Program-made: the position numbers and the translations under genes | Source: Octopus sinensis | Taxonomy: Eukaryota | Assembly: GCF_006345805.1 (NCBI RefSeq) | Contig: NC_043011.1 | Coordinates: 23,944,464-24,008,463 of the forward strand | Direction: 5' to 3' | DNA length: 64,000 bases | In this document: positions 1-12,469 of the stretch, one piece after another | How the letters are laid out: every line of letters starts with the position of its first letter | How positions within the stretch are numbered: position 1 is the first letter of the stretch | Notes under the pieces: model-generated | What the model was told of the DNA's origin: nothing | Seen by the model: only the letters and a program-made list of their open reading frames with translations | The model's database searches: none

Positions 1-134
1 TGGAAGTAAGTTTGTATTCCTCGGCATCAGACCCAAATTTCGGCTTCTATAAAATCAAACTCCTGTAATGTGAATCATAGATTCAGGAACAGAGGCGCGC
101 AGCTGGTGCAAACGCACACCCTATATATATATAT

Positions 135-181
<47 letters not shown>

Positions 182-274
182 AAATTATAATATATATATA
201 TAGTATAACATATATATATATATATATATACATATATAATAATATATACATATATAATAGTATATATATTATAT

Positions 275-305
<31 letters not shown>

Positions 306-308
<3 letters not shown>

Positions 309-520
309 ATTATATATAGTAATCCAACATGAAAACACCAAGAGAAAACACAACAACGCGAGGATGTGGAACAAGTATAGTATTATTGGACGCTCAGGAA
401 AGAAGGAAAAAAGGAGGTTAACGTTTCGAGCGGAGCTCTTCGTCAGAAACGTACGGGAAAGGAAGAGATCCAAGGAAGGAAAGACGGAGGAAAAAAATCG
501 CCAACGGTACACACGCGATC
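306..520 (-). mobile_element. Penelope-like terminal repeat (pLTR) fragment carrying a hammerhead motif
   Basis: Homologous to 8575-8706 (opposite strand) and related to the 3' end of the Neptune-type PLE at 29670-29800; contains CTGACGA...GAAAC on the minus strand. Confidence 0.65.
417..450 (-). ncRNA. Minimal type I hammerhead ribozyme, short-stem-III variant
   Basis: Minus strand reads GTTT-CTGACGA-A-GAGC-TCC-GCTC-GAAAC-GTT-AAC: intact core, 4-bp stem II, loop-less palindromic AACGTT stem III, 2-3 bp stem I. Confidence 0.6.
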
Positions 521-623
521 ATATATATATATATATATATATACATATATATATAATATATATATATATATAATATATCTATAGATATATATATATTATA
601 TATATATATATGTATATTATATA

Positions 624-753
<130 letters not shown>

Positions 754-1639
754 TGGTGAGGGAGATAATGAAAACGCTTTGAACATCCACCTAAAAAACT
801 GAGTTTGCATCTCCTAAGCAAAGTTAGTTCCCTCGCTTATTCCTTGAATGGGTTTATTTTATCGGCACTCAGTGAATGAATGGTCACTGTAGGATTTGAA
901 CTCAGAATCTAAAGGGATGAAACTAAAAACCGAAAAGTATTTTTTGCCTGGTACTCTACTGAGTTTTTCATGCATTTGTCTCACTCAGAATAAGGAATTT
1001 TTAAACATAAGAATAAGGCCGCTTAGATGCAGAAAAAAAGTAACTTGACGTAATTGTTAGCGTTGAAGACACGTGGTCTAGCGGTTTGGGGAACGGCCTC
1101 TTGGTTGTAATGTCATAGATTCAATTCTCACACCTATAAGAAGCTTTTTACCTACTAAGTGCATAGATCAGTTATGAGCAACTTGCAGCTCACTGGACTT
1201 TCTGCTTGGCACGCCAAATGAAAAAATGACCTTAAATTTTTCTTAGTAGTGTGCCCTGCCTGATGATGATTTATGTTCCATGCAGTATACTTCTCGAAAA
1301 AGGTTTCCCATGCATGCTTCGCATCAAATTTATAATACATCTTTGTATTTTGTATATGACAGATGCCTACTGGTGTGCTCATAAACCCTCACATGCTACC
1401 TGTTGCGGACTCCTGCCGAGCTAACTGTATGGGATTGTTATGTATGCGGTACTCCGTGTAGCGTAGAATAAATATATTAATAACGAGAAATACTTCACAG
1501 ATGGAGAAAATCTCCATCTGTGAAGTATTTCTCGTTGTTAATATATTTTATTATATATATAAGATTCTAGAGTTTTCTGTGTCTGTATTTCCGGGGTTTC
1601 TGATGCTCACCGCAATACTCGTTGTTTTCTTTTTTCTAT

Positions 1640-2188
1640 ACCTTTTACTTGTTTCAATCATTGGACTGTGGCCATGCTGGGACACTATCTCTAAGGGTTT
1701 ACTGGAACAAATCGATCCCAGTACTTAATTTTTTTCGCACGGTCTTATATTTATTCTATCGCTCCCTTTTGCCAAACCGCTAAAATATAGGGTCCTAAAC
1801 ACAAATACAGAGGCACACGCATATTTACATAAATTCGTACATGCATACATATATACATGCATAGATGCATACGTACATATATACATATATGTGTGTTTGC
1901 ATGTATGTATACACATATACGCACTAACACACACACTCACACACATATATATACATATACACAGCTGGCTTATGTGTATGTATGTATGTACACACACACA
2001 CACACACACTCACGCACATACATATATATATAACTGGCTTCCACACAGTTTCCGTTAACCAAATTCACTCAAAAGACATTGGTTGGCATGGGTGTATATT
2101 AGAAAAATGCCTGTCCAAATTGCAGTGCAGTGGGACTGAACCCAAAACCACGTAGTTGCAAAGCGAGCTTCTTAACCACACAGCCATG
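1640..2188 (-). mobile_element. tRNA-derived SINE family A, degenerate copy
   Basis: Homology to the intact copies (gactgcggccatgctgg ... gggactgaaccc ... accacacagcc) with the internal (CA/TA)n tract. Confidence 0.75.
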
Positions 2189-3049
2189 TTTGTGTCTTGA
2201 GCAAGATACTTTATTTCACGTTGCTTGATGTCACTCGCCAAAAAATGGCTAAAATCGACAGCTGAGGTGTCGCTTAGCCATACGACGAACTTGCTTTCTG
2301 TTTTGTGAGATGGGAATCAACTGGCATAATCTCTGTTTCAATGGGTTTGTAGACTCGAGACAGGTTTTCACTTTAGCTTTAATTGTTGGCAACTTTCAAA
2401 GGGTTGGGGTCATGATATTGGGTGTTGGGGAATGAAAAAAGAACTAATTTTGCCGAAGATTATATATTTTCAGTCGTAGGAAGTAAAATCTATGTTGGTA
2501 GGCTAGGCAATAGATATGGACATGTTTTGATCTTATTAAACCTCATCAGCGAAGCAAAGTTATATCAAGCCTGCACGCCGAGTGAAGATAATAGAGAAAG
2601 AGTTACGAACAGTTTAGGCCAGTAACTCAAGTGAATTAATGGCATGAAATTAGATAAACCAGACAGATGGTGATGTATTGAATGATTTGCATAGAAAAAT
2701 TCTCAGTCAAATGACATTTCCTTTCAGTTGAAGAATGTGACTGAAATAGGTTTTAGGAACGCTGAGGTTAAGCCTTTGTTGCGGTACAGTGCCTTGGGTG
2801 TCTAAGTGGGATTCTAATGCTGGACAGGTCAAAGGGCAGAGGCCGGACTAAAATGGACCACTGTTTTCCAGAAAAGAAAAATGGGCTGGTGTAGGATCAA
2901 CACTTCTAATTAGAAATGGAGCAAAGTTACAGAAGCATCGATAACAAATAGAGACCAACAAGATCTGGGAGAGGAAGGTGTTGCCTTAGGGAAATGTGAT
3001 GCAGTGCAGCAGAAAACCAAAAGAAAAAAAAACCATCATCCTGCATTAC

Positions 3050-3497
3050 ATATCTGGGCCTGACCCTGGAGCCCACAAAGGAAGCAGAAGAGAGGATGTT
3101 CTAAAAATAACTTGAGGCAGGATACTGAGGCAGAGCTGAAGAAGCAGGGATCCAACTGGAGAGTAGCAGAAAAAAAACAAAACAATCTAGAGTCGAGAAT
3201 GATGGAAAAAATCATCAATGGCCTATGCTCCATGGGGAGCAAAGGGCTTAAGAAACAGTGTCTACAGCAGCAGTAGTAGCAGCAGCAGCAATGGTAGTAC
3301 ATGCACATGCATACACTCTGGAAAACAGAAGGGAAGCAAAAGAGAGTGCGCTAAAAAAATAACCGGAGGCAGTATATTGAGGCAGAGCTGAAGAAGCAGG
3401 AGTTCAACTGGAGAGATGCAGAAAAGACTATAGAGTTGAGAACAGTGGAGAAAAGTTCTCAATGGCATGTATTCCGTGGAGAGCAAAGGGCTTTAGT
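3050..3497 (+). mobile_element. RTE-clade LINE 3' end, locally duplicated (3050-3255 and ~3340-3497)
   Basis: Translates to W-SPQRKQKRGCSKNNLRQDTEAELKKQGSNW...IINGLCSMGSKGLK, resembling the RTE C-terminus (WNPxGKRKRGRPK...W...GLC); a second diverged copy follows. Confidence 0.65.
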
Positions 3498-3639
3498 AAA
3501 AGTAAAAAAGGTCCATGCAGATTAGGTTGAGAAACAGGGGTGAGCTTATTCATATATCACCAGCTGAATTACCCGTCATTGCCCGGGTTACTGCTGCTCT
3601 TATTCAGATTAGTAAACAATAAATAAGAAGATATTTTTT

Positions 3640-4026
3640 TTTTCCTTGTTTCAGTCATTTTGACTGCGGCCATGCTGGAGCACCGCCTTTAATCGAGCAA
3701 CTCGACCCCGGGACTTATTCTTTTGTAAGCCCAGTACTTATTCTATCGGTCTCTTTTGCCGAACCGCTAAGTAACGGGGACATAAACACACCAGCATCGG
3801 TTGTCAAACAATGCTAGGGGAACAAACACAGACACACAAACATACACACACACATATATATGCATATATACGACGGGCTTCTTTCAGTTTCTGTCTACCA
3901 AATCCACTCACAAGGCTTTGGTCGGCCCGAGGCTATAGTAGAAGACACTTGCCCAAGGTGCCACGCAGTGGGACTGAACCCGGAACCATGTGGTTGGTAA
4001 GCAAGCTACTTACCACACAGCCACTC
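3640..4026 (-). mobile_element. tRNA-derived SINE family A
   Basis: Minus-strand head with A box TGGCTGTGTGG and B box GGTTCAGTCCC; central microsatellite; tail GACTGAAACAAG. Confidence 0.9.
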
Positions 4027-4209
4027 ATCTTTTTTCCTTATAATTATTTCAAAATATCTATATTTTATTTTAAAAATATCGAAATTGTAATGATAATAGA
4101 ATTTAGAACTGAAAATCTGTCGATCTTGAAGTATCTCAGAGTAAAAAATATTCATTGTGTAATTTTATGTTGGTGTCCAAATGAAATAATTGTTGCTGCT
4201 TCCAACTCG

Positions 4210-4716
4210 TGAGCATCAACATAGAGTTGGCTGTTGGAGAACATGTAGTAGAGAGAAGAAGTTCAATTATCTTGTAGGATTGACCCTGAGATTTATTAAT
4301 TGAAATGCTAAACTTAGTTTGACTGGAAACTGAAGCCCCTTAAATTCAAATGGAACATCTGTAGGTATGAGAGGAAATTTTGAAAGAAAGACAGCTTCTT
4401 CTTTGTGACTACCTGTTATGATTGTTGCCTGTAGGACATGGGACTTCATGGAAGTAACAATTAAGCGAGTTCCATTACACAGGCAAGGTGGGTTAAGATT
4501 CCTAGTCAACTTAATGGGAGCATCCAGCTTTAGTGTTAAGTTATGCGGTGGCATCCCAGTGGGTTTAAGAGTGTTCAGAAATTCAACAGGATATTGAACA
4601 GCCTGATCTTGATCGACTGTTGTGTGTATTGAAGGAAAAGTCATTTCTGATGAATCTGTTAACTTTTGAAGAAGTTTATGATTGAGCTTATCAACCATTT
4701 CATTTGTTGGAGCCAA
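4210..4716 (-). pseudogene. Helitron PIF1-like helicase C-terminal fragment
   Basis: YPVEFLNTLKPTGMPPHNLTLK...RNLNPPCLCNGTRL...FPVKL, then after frameshifts INKSQGQS and SQLYV (helicase motifs V/VI). Confidence 0.9.
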
Positions 4717-5760
4717 TATACCTCTTTCACAGCCAGTTTACAACAGTGTAATTGACAATCACAATACACTCACACACACATACACTCTCACATACACTGA
4801 CACGGTCATGCACTTTCACATACACTCAAATACATATACTAAGACAGACACACACAGACAAACATTTACGTAACGAACGCGCAAACACACACACAGACTG
4901 ACAGACATATATACACTTATATACCGAATGTGTCGTCGTCGTCGTCGTATAAAATATCCTTTACTATGTCGTATGTAACGGTCGCGCAAACAGACACACG
5001 CTCACAGATACATACACACTCATATACGAAATGTGACACCGTCGTCGTGGTTTAAGATGTCCTTTACTATAGTTGACTATAGAAAGATTATTTTCGAGAA
5101 GAGTTATATTATTTTAATCCAAATGAAAATAAAAATTACATGTCGACACTCGCGGGGTCTAATACTATTACTTTGTAAAATTTGATTTGATTTGGTGGAG
5201 AAGTTTGAGAATGCATAGGGGACAGATAGATAAAGAATTTTATATAGAGAGAGCTAATAAAGGAAGCAACAACCTAGAATCAATTGTTGGCAATTGCCAA
5301 AGAAAGAGGAAAATAATTTGAAGGATTTAACGGTTCATTTTCATAGAAAGTTACACATTTTCATAATTAAGGTTTTATAATTAACGTGGTGGAGGCAGTT
5401 GATTTGTTAACTGACAAAATGATAGCTACAAACGCAAATGTCAATTCATTGAATTTTTATATTTTGTTTTACGCTTCATGCTTCACAATATTCTCAACTT
5501 AAATAAGGAAAAGTTGCGGATATTTACTCTTCCGGATTGCTACAATAATTGATAAAAATCAAACTGAAAATAATTGATCTTGTGACGACCTTATATATAT
5601 GGTTCAATAGGAATAAAAGACATTAGATATTTTATAGCCGGAATAGATTGTCAATAATATACATTTATCAATCAATGAACACACACACACACACACACAC
5701 ACACACTGAGCTGAGGCTACGACAAAGCGCAACAGCGACTCAACAAGGAAACATATACTT

Positions 5761-5954
5761 CAGTGGTTCTCAACGTTTTTAATATCGAAGAGCCAAATCC
5801 CAATGCAGTGATTTTTTTAGGGGTGCACCATAAAACGTAAAACATATCAATTAAAAAAATAAAATATGTCTATAAAGGGAAGACCATTTGGGGGCTGTCG
5901 GAAGGATACTCGAAAGCCGCATGCAGCCCTGGGAGCTGTGGCTCAGAACCGCTG
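5761..5954. mobile_element. hAT-type MITE
   Basis: TIRs CAGTGGTTCTCAAC / CTCAGAACCGCTG; 8-bp TSD ATATACTT / TTATACTT (7/8). Confidence 0.75.
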
Positions 5955-6051
5955 TTATACTTAGTCGTTTGACACTAGAAAAAGCAGCCAAATTATCATC
6001 AAATCATACCGACTATCTAAATAAAATGGATGAAAAAAAAGGTAGGAGAAA

Positions 6052-6448
6052 TCTATATATATAAAAGTGAGGTTGTGTGCTGTCTGTCTCCTACGATTTA
6101 GATTCCTAACTACTCCCACATTTTGCGGTGCAGTTTAACCAAAACCGGGTATCTTATAGTCGTGATTCATATCGAGCCCTTCTGGGTATTAGCGCGCGTC
6201 TACGATGAGTCTACGATTAAAAAAAAATTACCATCATTTTTTCCCATTTTTAATGCATTTTTGGCATATATAAGGGAAGTAACTCTCTAAAAATGTATTA
6301 TTAAATCTCAGAACGTAAAAAAGCTACAGTAACCCCCCCCCCCTTTGTGGTTAGCCATATTGAGATGGCTATTATACTTTACATCTCTAAAAATGCTTAT
6401 ATAGTTATTTCCCTTACAAACCCGAGCAACGCCGGGCGATACTACTAG
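6052..6448 (+). mobile_element. Non-autonomous Helitron family HelA, copy 1
   Basis: A|TC 5' end; CCCG-AGCAACGC-CGGG subterminal hairpin; CTAG|T 3' end; near-identical copies at 17497, 18972 and 62485. Confidence 0.9.
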
Positions 6449-7104
6449 TCTAATATAGATTAATCCTATATACTGCTGGAGAGACGTGAATTCACGTTGC
6501 CATGCCTATAATTGATTACAGTCCTGCTTGATGTGGGATGACTTCTGATTAAACAACAACATCAACAAAGCACTCTGAATTAGGCAAAACTGTACGACTA
6601 TATTAAAAGCTAACCTTCACCTTTACTGCAAGCTGCTTAACTTTAATACGCGTGGGTGAGATTGAGAACGGATCGTTGTGTATGTGTGTGTGTGCGCGCG
6701 TGGGTGCTTATGTGTGCGCGTGCGCCAGTCTGTGTGCGTTTGTGTGTGTGCGTGTGTGTGCGTGTGTTAGAGATGCAAAGAGTGAAAGAAAAAAAGATGA
6801 AATATGCGTTATATCATAATTTCGTGCTTTGCATTAATGAGAGTATGTGTGTGAGTGTGTGTGTGAGTGCGGTGTGTGTGTGCGTGTGGGTGTGTGTGAG
6901 AGAGAGAGAAAGCCTTCAAACTATCGGGGAGGAGGACGCACAATTAAGGAGATGGTCCCCTCGTGTGTATGTGTGTGTGTATGTGTGTATATATATAAAT
7001 ATATAAATACATATATATACATACATAAATACATACATACATACATCCATACACACACACACACCACACTCACACACACAACACACACATATATATATTA
7101 TATA

Positions 7105-7142
<38 letters not shown>

Positions 7143-7209
7143 GGGAGTTATGGTAAGACAACAAAAGAATGAAAGAAACCTCGATATTATGTAAATAGAT
7201 GAATTTATC

Positions 7210-7358
7210 TGTAAATATAATATGTGACAATTACGGTAGCCATGATAAAACTTTTTCGATGCTGGATAACAGAAGAGATGGCGGCGTGGGTTTCCGCCAC
7301 GACATCCGAAACTCGGAGTTTTATCATGGCAACCGAATAATTGGCACATATTATATTT
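7210..7358. mobile_element. Small fold-back element (~40-bp inverted arms) with a hammerhead remnant
   Basis: AATATAATATGTG...GCCATGATAAAACT (7210-7249) is the inverted counterpart of AGTTTTATCATGGC...CACATATTATATT (7317-7358). Confidence 0.7.
7265..7325 (+). ncRNA. Type I hammerhead-like motif with core substitution (CAGAAGA)
   Basis: GATAA-CAGAAGA-...CATCC-GAAAC-TCGGA-GTT-TTATC: 5-bp stem I, ACT/AGT stem III; U4->A and an imperfect stem II suggest it is inactive. Confidence 0.5.
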
Positions 7359-7372
7359 GCACACACACACAC

Positions 7373-7437
<65 letters not shown>

Positions 7438-7551
7438 AAAGATAAAACTTACTTGGAAATGGATGCGTGGCGTTCAATCATATAGTAATATAAATAATAT
7501 ATAAATATATATGTATACCTACACATATATATGTGTACATACATATATTTG

Positions 7552-7850
7552 TATATACATTCATATATGGGCACAGGACACCACGGAACGTAAAGAACAT
7601 AGAAGAAACATAAAATACGAAAACAACAAGAAATACGAAATGCAACAACATGGAATACGAACTTTTTTTGCGAACAACGAAAGAAACAAACTGAAAAAAA
7701 GACAAGCAACGCGAAAAAACGACCCTTCATCAGTTGTTGGTTTTTTTTCTACTTCGTATTTCAAGCATTTTCACGTTGTTTTCGTATTTTATGTTTATTT
7801 TATGTTGTTTATGTTCCGTGGTGTCCTGTACCCATATATGCATGTATATA
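7552..7850. repeat. Inverted repeat (~85-bp arms), PLE-pLTR-like
   Basis: CATATATGGGCACAGGACACCACGGAAC... (7552-7640) vs ...GTTCCGTGGTGTCCTGTACCCATATATG (7767-7850); related sequence at 8375-8415. Confidence 0.65.
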
Positions 7851-7887
7851 CATGTGAGAGATTTTGACAATAAAATAGTAAATTTGA

Positions 7888-8028
<141 letters not shown>

Positions 8029-8232
8029 TGAATTGGTATTTTACAGAAAACAAACCAAATCTCAATCTTAGAATAACTGTAAATAGAATCCTGTATCTAA
8101 GGCTCGATTATCTGTAGCAGCTTAATGGCCTCTTTTCCCGTTTTCTAAGAGTATTACCCGATCTGCTAGCCTTCTAGTCTATTGTCACGGCTATTCTTCG
8201 TATGATGTTTACTTTATTTTCTGTTATTATAT

Positions 8233-8288
<56 letters not shown>

Positions 8289-8574
8289 AGGTGATAAATA
8301 AATATATGCATACATAAAAAATATGTACGTACCGACATCTACATGTATATATACATGCATATATAAATAATTATACGTGAGTACAGGACATCACAATAAG
8401 ACGTAGAAACGGAAAAAACAAAAAAACAAAAAACAAGAAAACGAAAAACGAAAAGCAAGAAAACGAAAAAACAGTTACAAGACGAGCTACACAAAGACAA
8501 AACCCCCGTCATCAGCTGTCGCTAGTGGAGTCAAGCATGTTTCGAAGGCAGAGACAGAACACTAATCCAGTGTG

Positions 8575-8706
8575 TGTTTCCGACGAAGAGCTCCGCTCGA
8601 AACGTTAAACCCTCCTTCTTTCCTTCTTTCCTGAGCGTCCAATAATACTATATTTGTTCCACGTCCTCGCGTTGTTGTGTTTTTTGCGTTTTCTTGTTTG
8701 GATTAA
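8575..8706 (+). mobile_element. pLTR-like repeat (same family as 306-520) with hammerhead motif CCGACGA at 8576-8610
   Basis: GTTT-CCGACGA-A-GAGC-TCC-GCTC-GAAAC-GTT-AAAC; about 120 bp of clear homology to the reverse complement of 330-450. Confidence 0.7.
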
Positions 8707-8777
8707 CTTTATATATATGTATATATATATATAACATATTAGCAGAGATACCCAGCGTTGCTCGGAATTAAAATGGC

Positions 8778-8818
<41 letters not shown>

Positions 8819-9079
8819 TATAATATATATATTAATATATATATATATATATTACAGTTATGTTGAAACAGGTGATACGGGAAAGTGGAGCATGACGACA
8901 AAATATTGTGGAGTAAATGATGGGCTAATTCGATTAAGCAACATGCCATGCATCCGTTTGGAGTATTCCAGACCCTAACCTTGCATGGAAAATTGGGTGG
9001 TGTGGTGGGGTATTTGATTTTTGGACGTACCGAAAAGTTGTCAGTGGATATATTCTCCTTGCGGCTGTCGGCGCTGCGT

Positions 9080-10190
9080 CTAACATGATCCATCATCTGA
9101 TAGTTTGATACCTTCGTCGGGTTTGTTGTCCCACATCACTTATTAAGTAAATTTGGAGGAACTGTGGTTGTTCATTTGTGGGTTACAGGGAACCAATGAG
9201 GTGATAGACTTGCCCTTGAACTTTGATGTTGACATAAATTCATGTTTAAGTATCTTCTTAGATGCAGTAAACGATGTCATTTGAAATGCAGAGTTGTATT
9301 GTCTGATATTGTTCAGAAAATCCTTTGACTGGATGGAAGTGCCTCCCAGAAGATCCATAAGAGGTTGAGGAGGAGGTGGTAGTGGTGGCAATCTTACCTA
9401 ACCGCCTGAGCAGCACATGCCATTTGTTTCATTTGGAAATTTTAGAGCTTTCCAGAAACGACTGTATGAGTTTAACACAGCAATTTAGACTAAATTGTCA
9501 ATTCTATAAGAATGGGATGTTTCATATCTGGAAGCAGCTCCAGAAGTTGTGAGGAACGAATTTGTACGTAGTCTGTTTCTCAAAGCTAATCTATTGGACC
9601 TCTGTCTAATCATTAAAACGTTGTTTTAATGATCCAGCATTAAGCGTTGCAGCATGCATTTGTTAATCTTGGGAAAGTCTCATCTCCCTTCTCTCTTGAG
9701 ATTCCATCTGGCGTACTGCAGCATCCCTTTGCTGATCTTGAGTAAGTCGCATCTCACTTCTGTCATGAGATTTCATTTGATGTGCTGCAACATGTGTTTG
9801 CTGATCTTGGGAAAGTCTCATTCCCCCTTCTCTCTTGAGATTCCAACGCAGCATGCGTTTGATGATCTTGAGAAAGACTCATGTCCCTTTTGTATTGAGA
9901 GTTCATTTATTTATTTCAAATATAATAGAAATAAGATGATCTTAGTGCTATCACAGTAGAATTAAAAGTGAAACTATTATATCACATTACAACATAGATC
10001 TTATTCTCTCACTTTTGACACGTAATAGCGAATCAGTGCCAATGTTATATTGTTTTAATCCAAACGGAAAAAAAATTTCCATGTTGACACTCACGAGGTC
10101 TGATACTATTACCGTGTAAAATTTGATTTGATTTGGTCGAGCGTCGTTTGAGAATTGCATAGAAAACAGAGAGACTAAAAATTTATGTGT
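9080..10190 (-). mobile_element. Helitron 5' end and Rep N-terminal coding fragment
   Basis: N-terminal repeats RLSQDQQ..RQMESQERREMRL; LPPPPQPLMDLL...FLNNIRQYNSAFQMTSF; GQVYHLIGSL after a frameshift. 10050-10190 is homologous to 5105-5250. Confidence 0.8.
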
Positions 10191-10432
10191 ATATATAATA
10201 TATATTATAATATATATATATATATATATATTATATGTATGTATGTATGTATGTATAGTATATATATATATATAGATATATATATGTATGTAGTATGTAT
10301 GTATGTATATATATATATATATATATATATAGATGTATGTATTATGTATGTATGATGTATATATATATATATATATTATATATATATAGTATAAATATAT
10401 GTATGTATATATACATACATATAGATAATATA

Positions 10433-10464
<32 letters not shown>

Positions 10465-11443
10465 GTATATGTATATATATATATATATATAATATATATA
10501 GATGTATATGATGTATAGTATGTATGTATGTATGTATGTATGTATGTATGTATGTATGTAGGTGTATGTATATAAATTGGTGTTCCAGTGTACGGCAGAT
10601 AAAATTCTCTAATAGATAAAGTGATTATGACAGACATAACATCAATGATGTGGAAAAAGGTTCCATTCAGTTCTTTTATAATACTGTTGAAATTGAAATG
10701 CAACATCGATATTTCGGGACGTGAACTTTTCTGCGTTTAATGTTCGAAGCTGAAGGGCATCAATCATGTAGATCCTTCTTTAATTATGGTAGGTACTTTG
10801 TTGAAGGATTCTTGGGTGTTATGTCGAAGACGAGAAAGTATTGTGTAGAAAGCTCTTTCTGGGTTTGCTTTAATAGTATTATTATAGACAGAAAACGTGT
10901 AACAAGTACTTTGAATGCAGTAGAAAACCACTTGAAGGTGATATAGTTGCTATATTAAGTAGGAAAATCTATTGAGTAGTAGCTACCTATCAGAGTTTAG
11001 TTTCATGTATAATCTATCTGTACCATAGGTAAACTGTAAGGAGTTTGCGTGCAATAAAAAAATCGAGAGAAATATTCAAGAAACGAAATGCAGTCAAAAG
11101 TAGTTAGCAAAGTTCAATGAATATTGCATGGTCAAATGGTTAAATGGAGTACTCTTTGAAGAGTGTAGGCGAACTGGGAAATGAAAAGGATACGTAAGTG
11201 TGGAACTATTGTGTATGTAGTAAAGCAATTATATTCATATTACATTTTCGTTCACAAAGAGGCACACAACAAAAATTATATCTTTTCAGTTTATAATAGA
11301 AAGTTTTTCAAGCATTATTTGGAAATTTGTAATTTAGAATGGAGGCTAAAGATTTCTTTGTATTGTTTAGTAATTAAGAACTTAATTACCAACGTATTTA
11401 ATGGTTTAAAAACTGAAGAAAAGGCGACATGTACATCACGTAA

Positions 11444-11481
<38 letters not shown>

Positions 11482-11785
11482 TATATATATATATAATATA
11501 TATATAATATATTTTGATGATTATGGGGGCGTGCTGGACTGTCTCGTGTACATATGTGAATCCATATATAGTATTCTTAATACGATTCTAAACTAAATCT
11601 TGGGTTACTTTAAATGAAATGTTATCCACGGTATTTTATTACATCATATAAATCTGTCGGAGAGTCAACACCCTTGATGCATTTTTCTCTAGTTGTTCCA
11701 CTTCGCTGGAATGGCGCTTTCTATGCTGGTTGAAAGAGTTTCTCAGAAAAGTCTCTCACCATTGGACATATGCAACAAGTATTAA

Positions 11786-12215
11786 CTTGACAGAGCAAAA
11801 AATTGGTATGATCACGAACCTGAAGGCATCGTCGAAAATAGAAATGCAAAGATCCTATGAGATTTTATGATTCAGTGCGACCATGAGATTGAAAATAGGA
11901 AGCTAGACATAGTCTTAATCGAGAAAGAAAAACAAACTATGCTGGATCATAGACATAGCATACCCAGCTGACAAGTTATGCGATAAGGAAGAAAGAAAAG
12001 TCGAGAGATATGACAGGTTAGCTTAGGAAGTTCAGCAGTTGTGGTCGTTGAAAAAAGGTAGCCGTAGTACTAATAATTGTGGGAACCTGGGAACAGTGAG
12101 CAAAAATCTTGAGAAGTACATTGAACAAATAGGGGCTGCAATAAGGGTGGAGCACTTGCAGAAAACAGCACTGCTTGGAACCGCTCGAATACTCCGGAAG
12201 GTGCTCGAAAAATAA
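11786..12215 (+). pseudogene. R4/Dong-like non-LTR retrotransposon C-terminal restriction-like endonuclease fragment
   Basis: WYDHEPEGIVEN..KIL*DFMIQCDHEIENRKLDIVLIEK..CWIIDIAYP..KEERKVERY..L..LQKTALLGTARILRKVLEK* (with stops and frameshifts). Confidence 0.85.
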
Positions 12216-12293
12216 GAAGTGTTACCTTAGTTCACTGGTAGTGAACAGCTGATACCGTAGTACATCTTCAGTGTTAGAAGCTGTGCAAAGGCA

Positions 12294-12326
12294 ATGATGA
12301 TGACGACGACGACGATGATGATGATG

Positions 12327-12358
<32 letters not shown>

Positions 12359-12392
12359 AATGATGATGATGATGATGATGATAATAATGATG

Positions 12393-12453
<61 letters not shown>

Positions 12454-12465
12454 TAATAATAATAA
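12294..12465. repeat. (GAT)n-(AAT)n compound microsatellite
   Basis: Direct observation; immediately follows the R4/Dong-like 3' end. Confidence 0.95.
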
Positions 12466-12469
12466 ACGA

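Larger units (their letters stand above)
3560..5250 (-). mobile_element. Internally deleted Helitron with PIF1-helicase C-terminal fragment (SINE inserted at 3640-4026)
   Basis: 3' end on minus: CCCG-GGCAATGA-CGGG hairpin then CTGG|T at 3563-3559. Helicase fragment at 4210-4716. A Helitron-like 5' TCTATATAAAA lies near 5250 (boundary approximate). Confidence 0.7.

Noticed and set aside
10600-11150. Possible highly degraded PLE RT/thumb region on the minus strand
   Set aside because: Only faint resemblance (FLNISL, IIKEG); too weak to call without a profile search.
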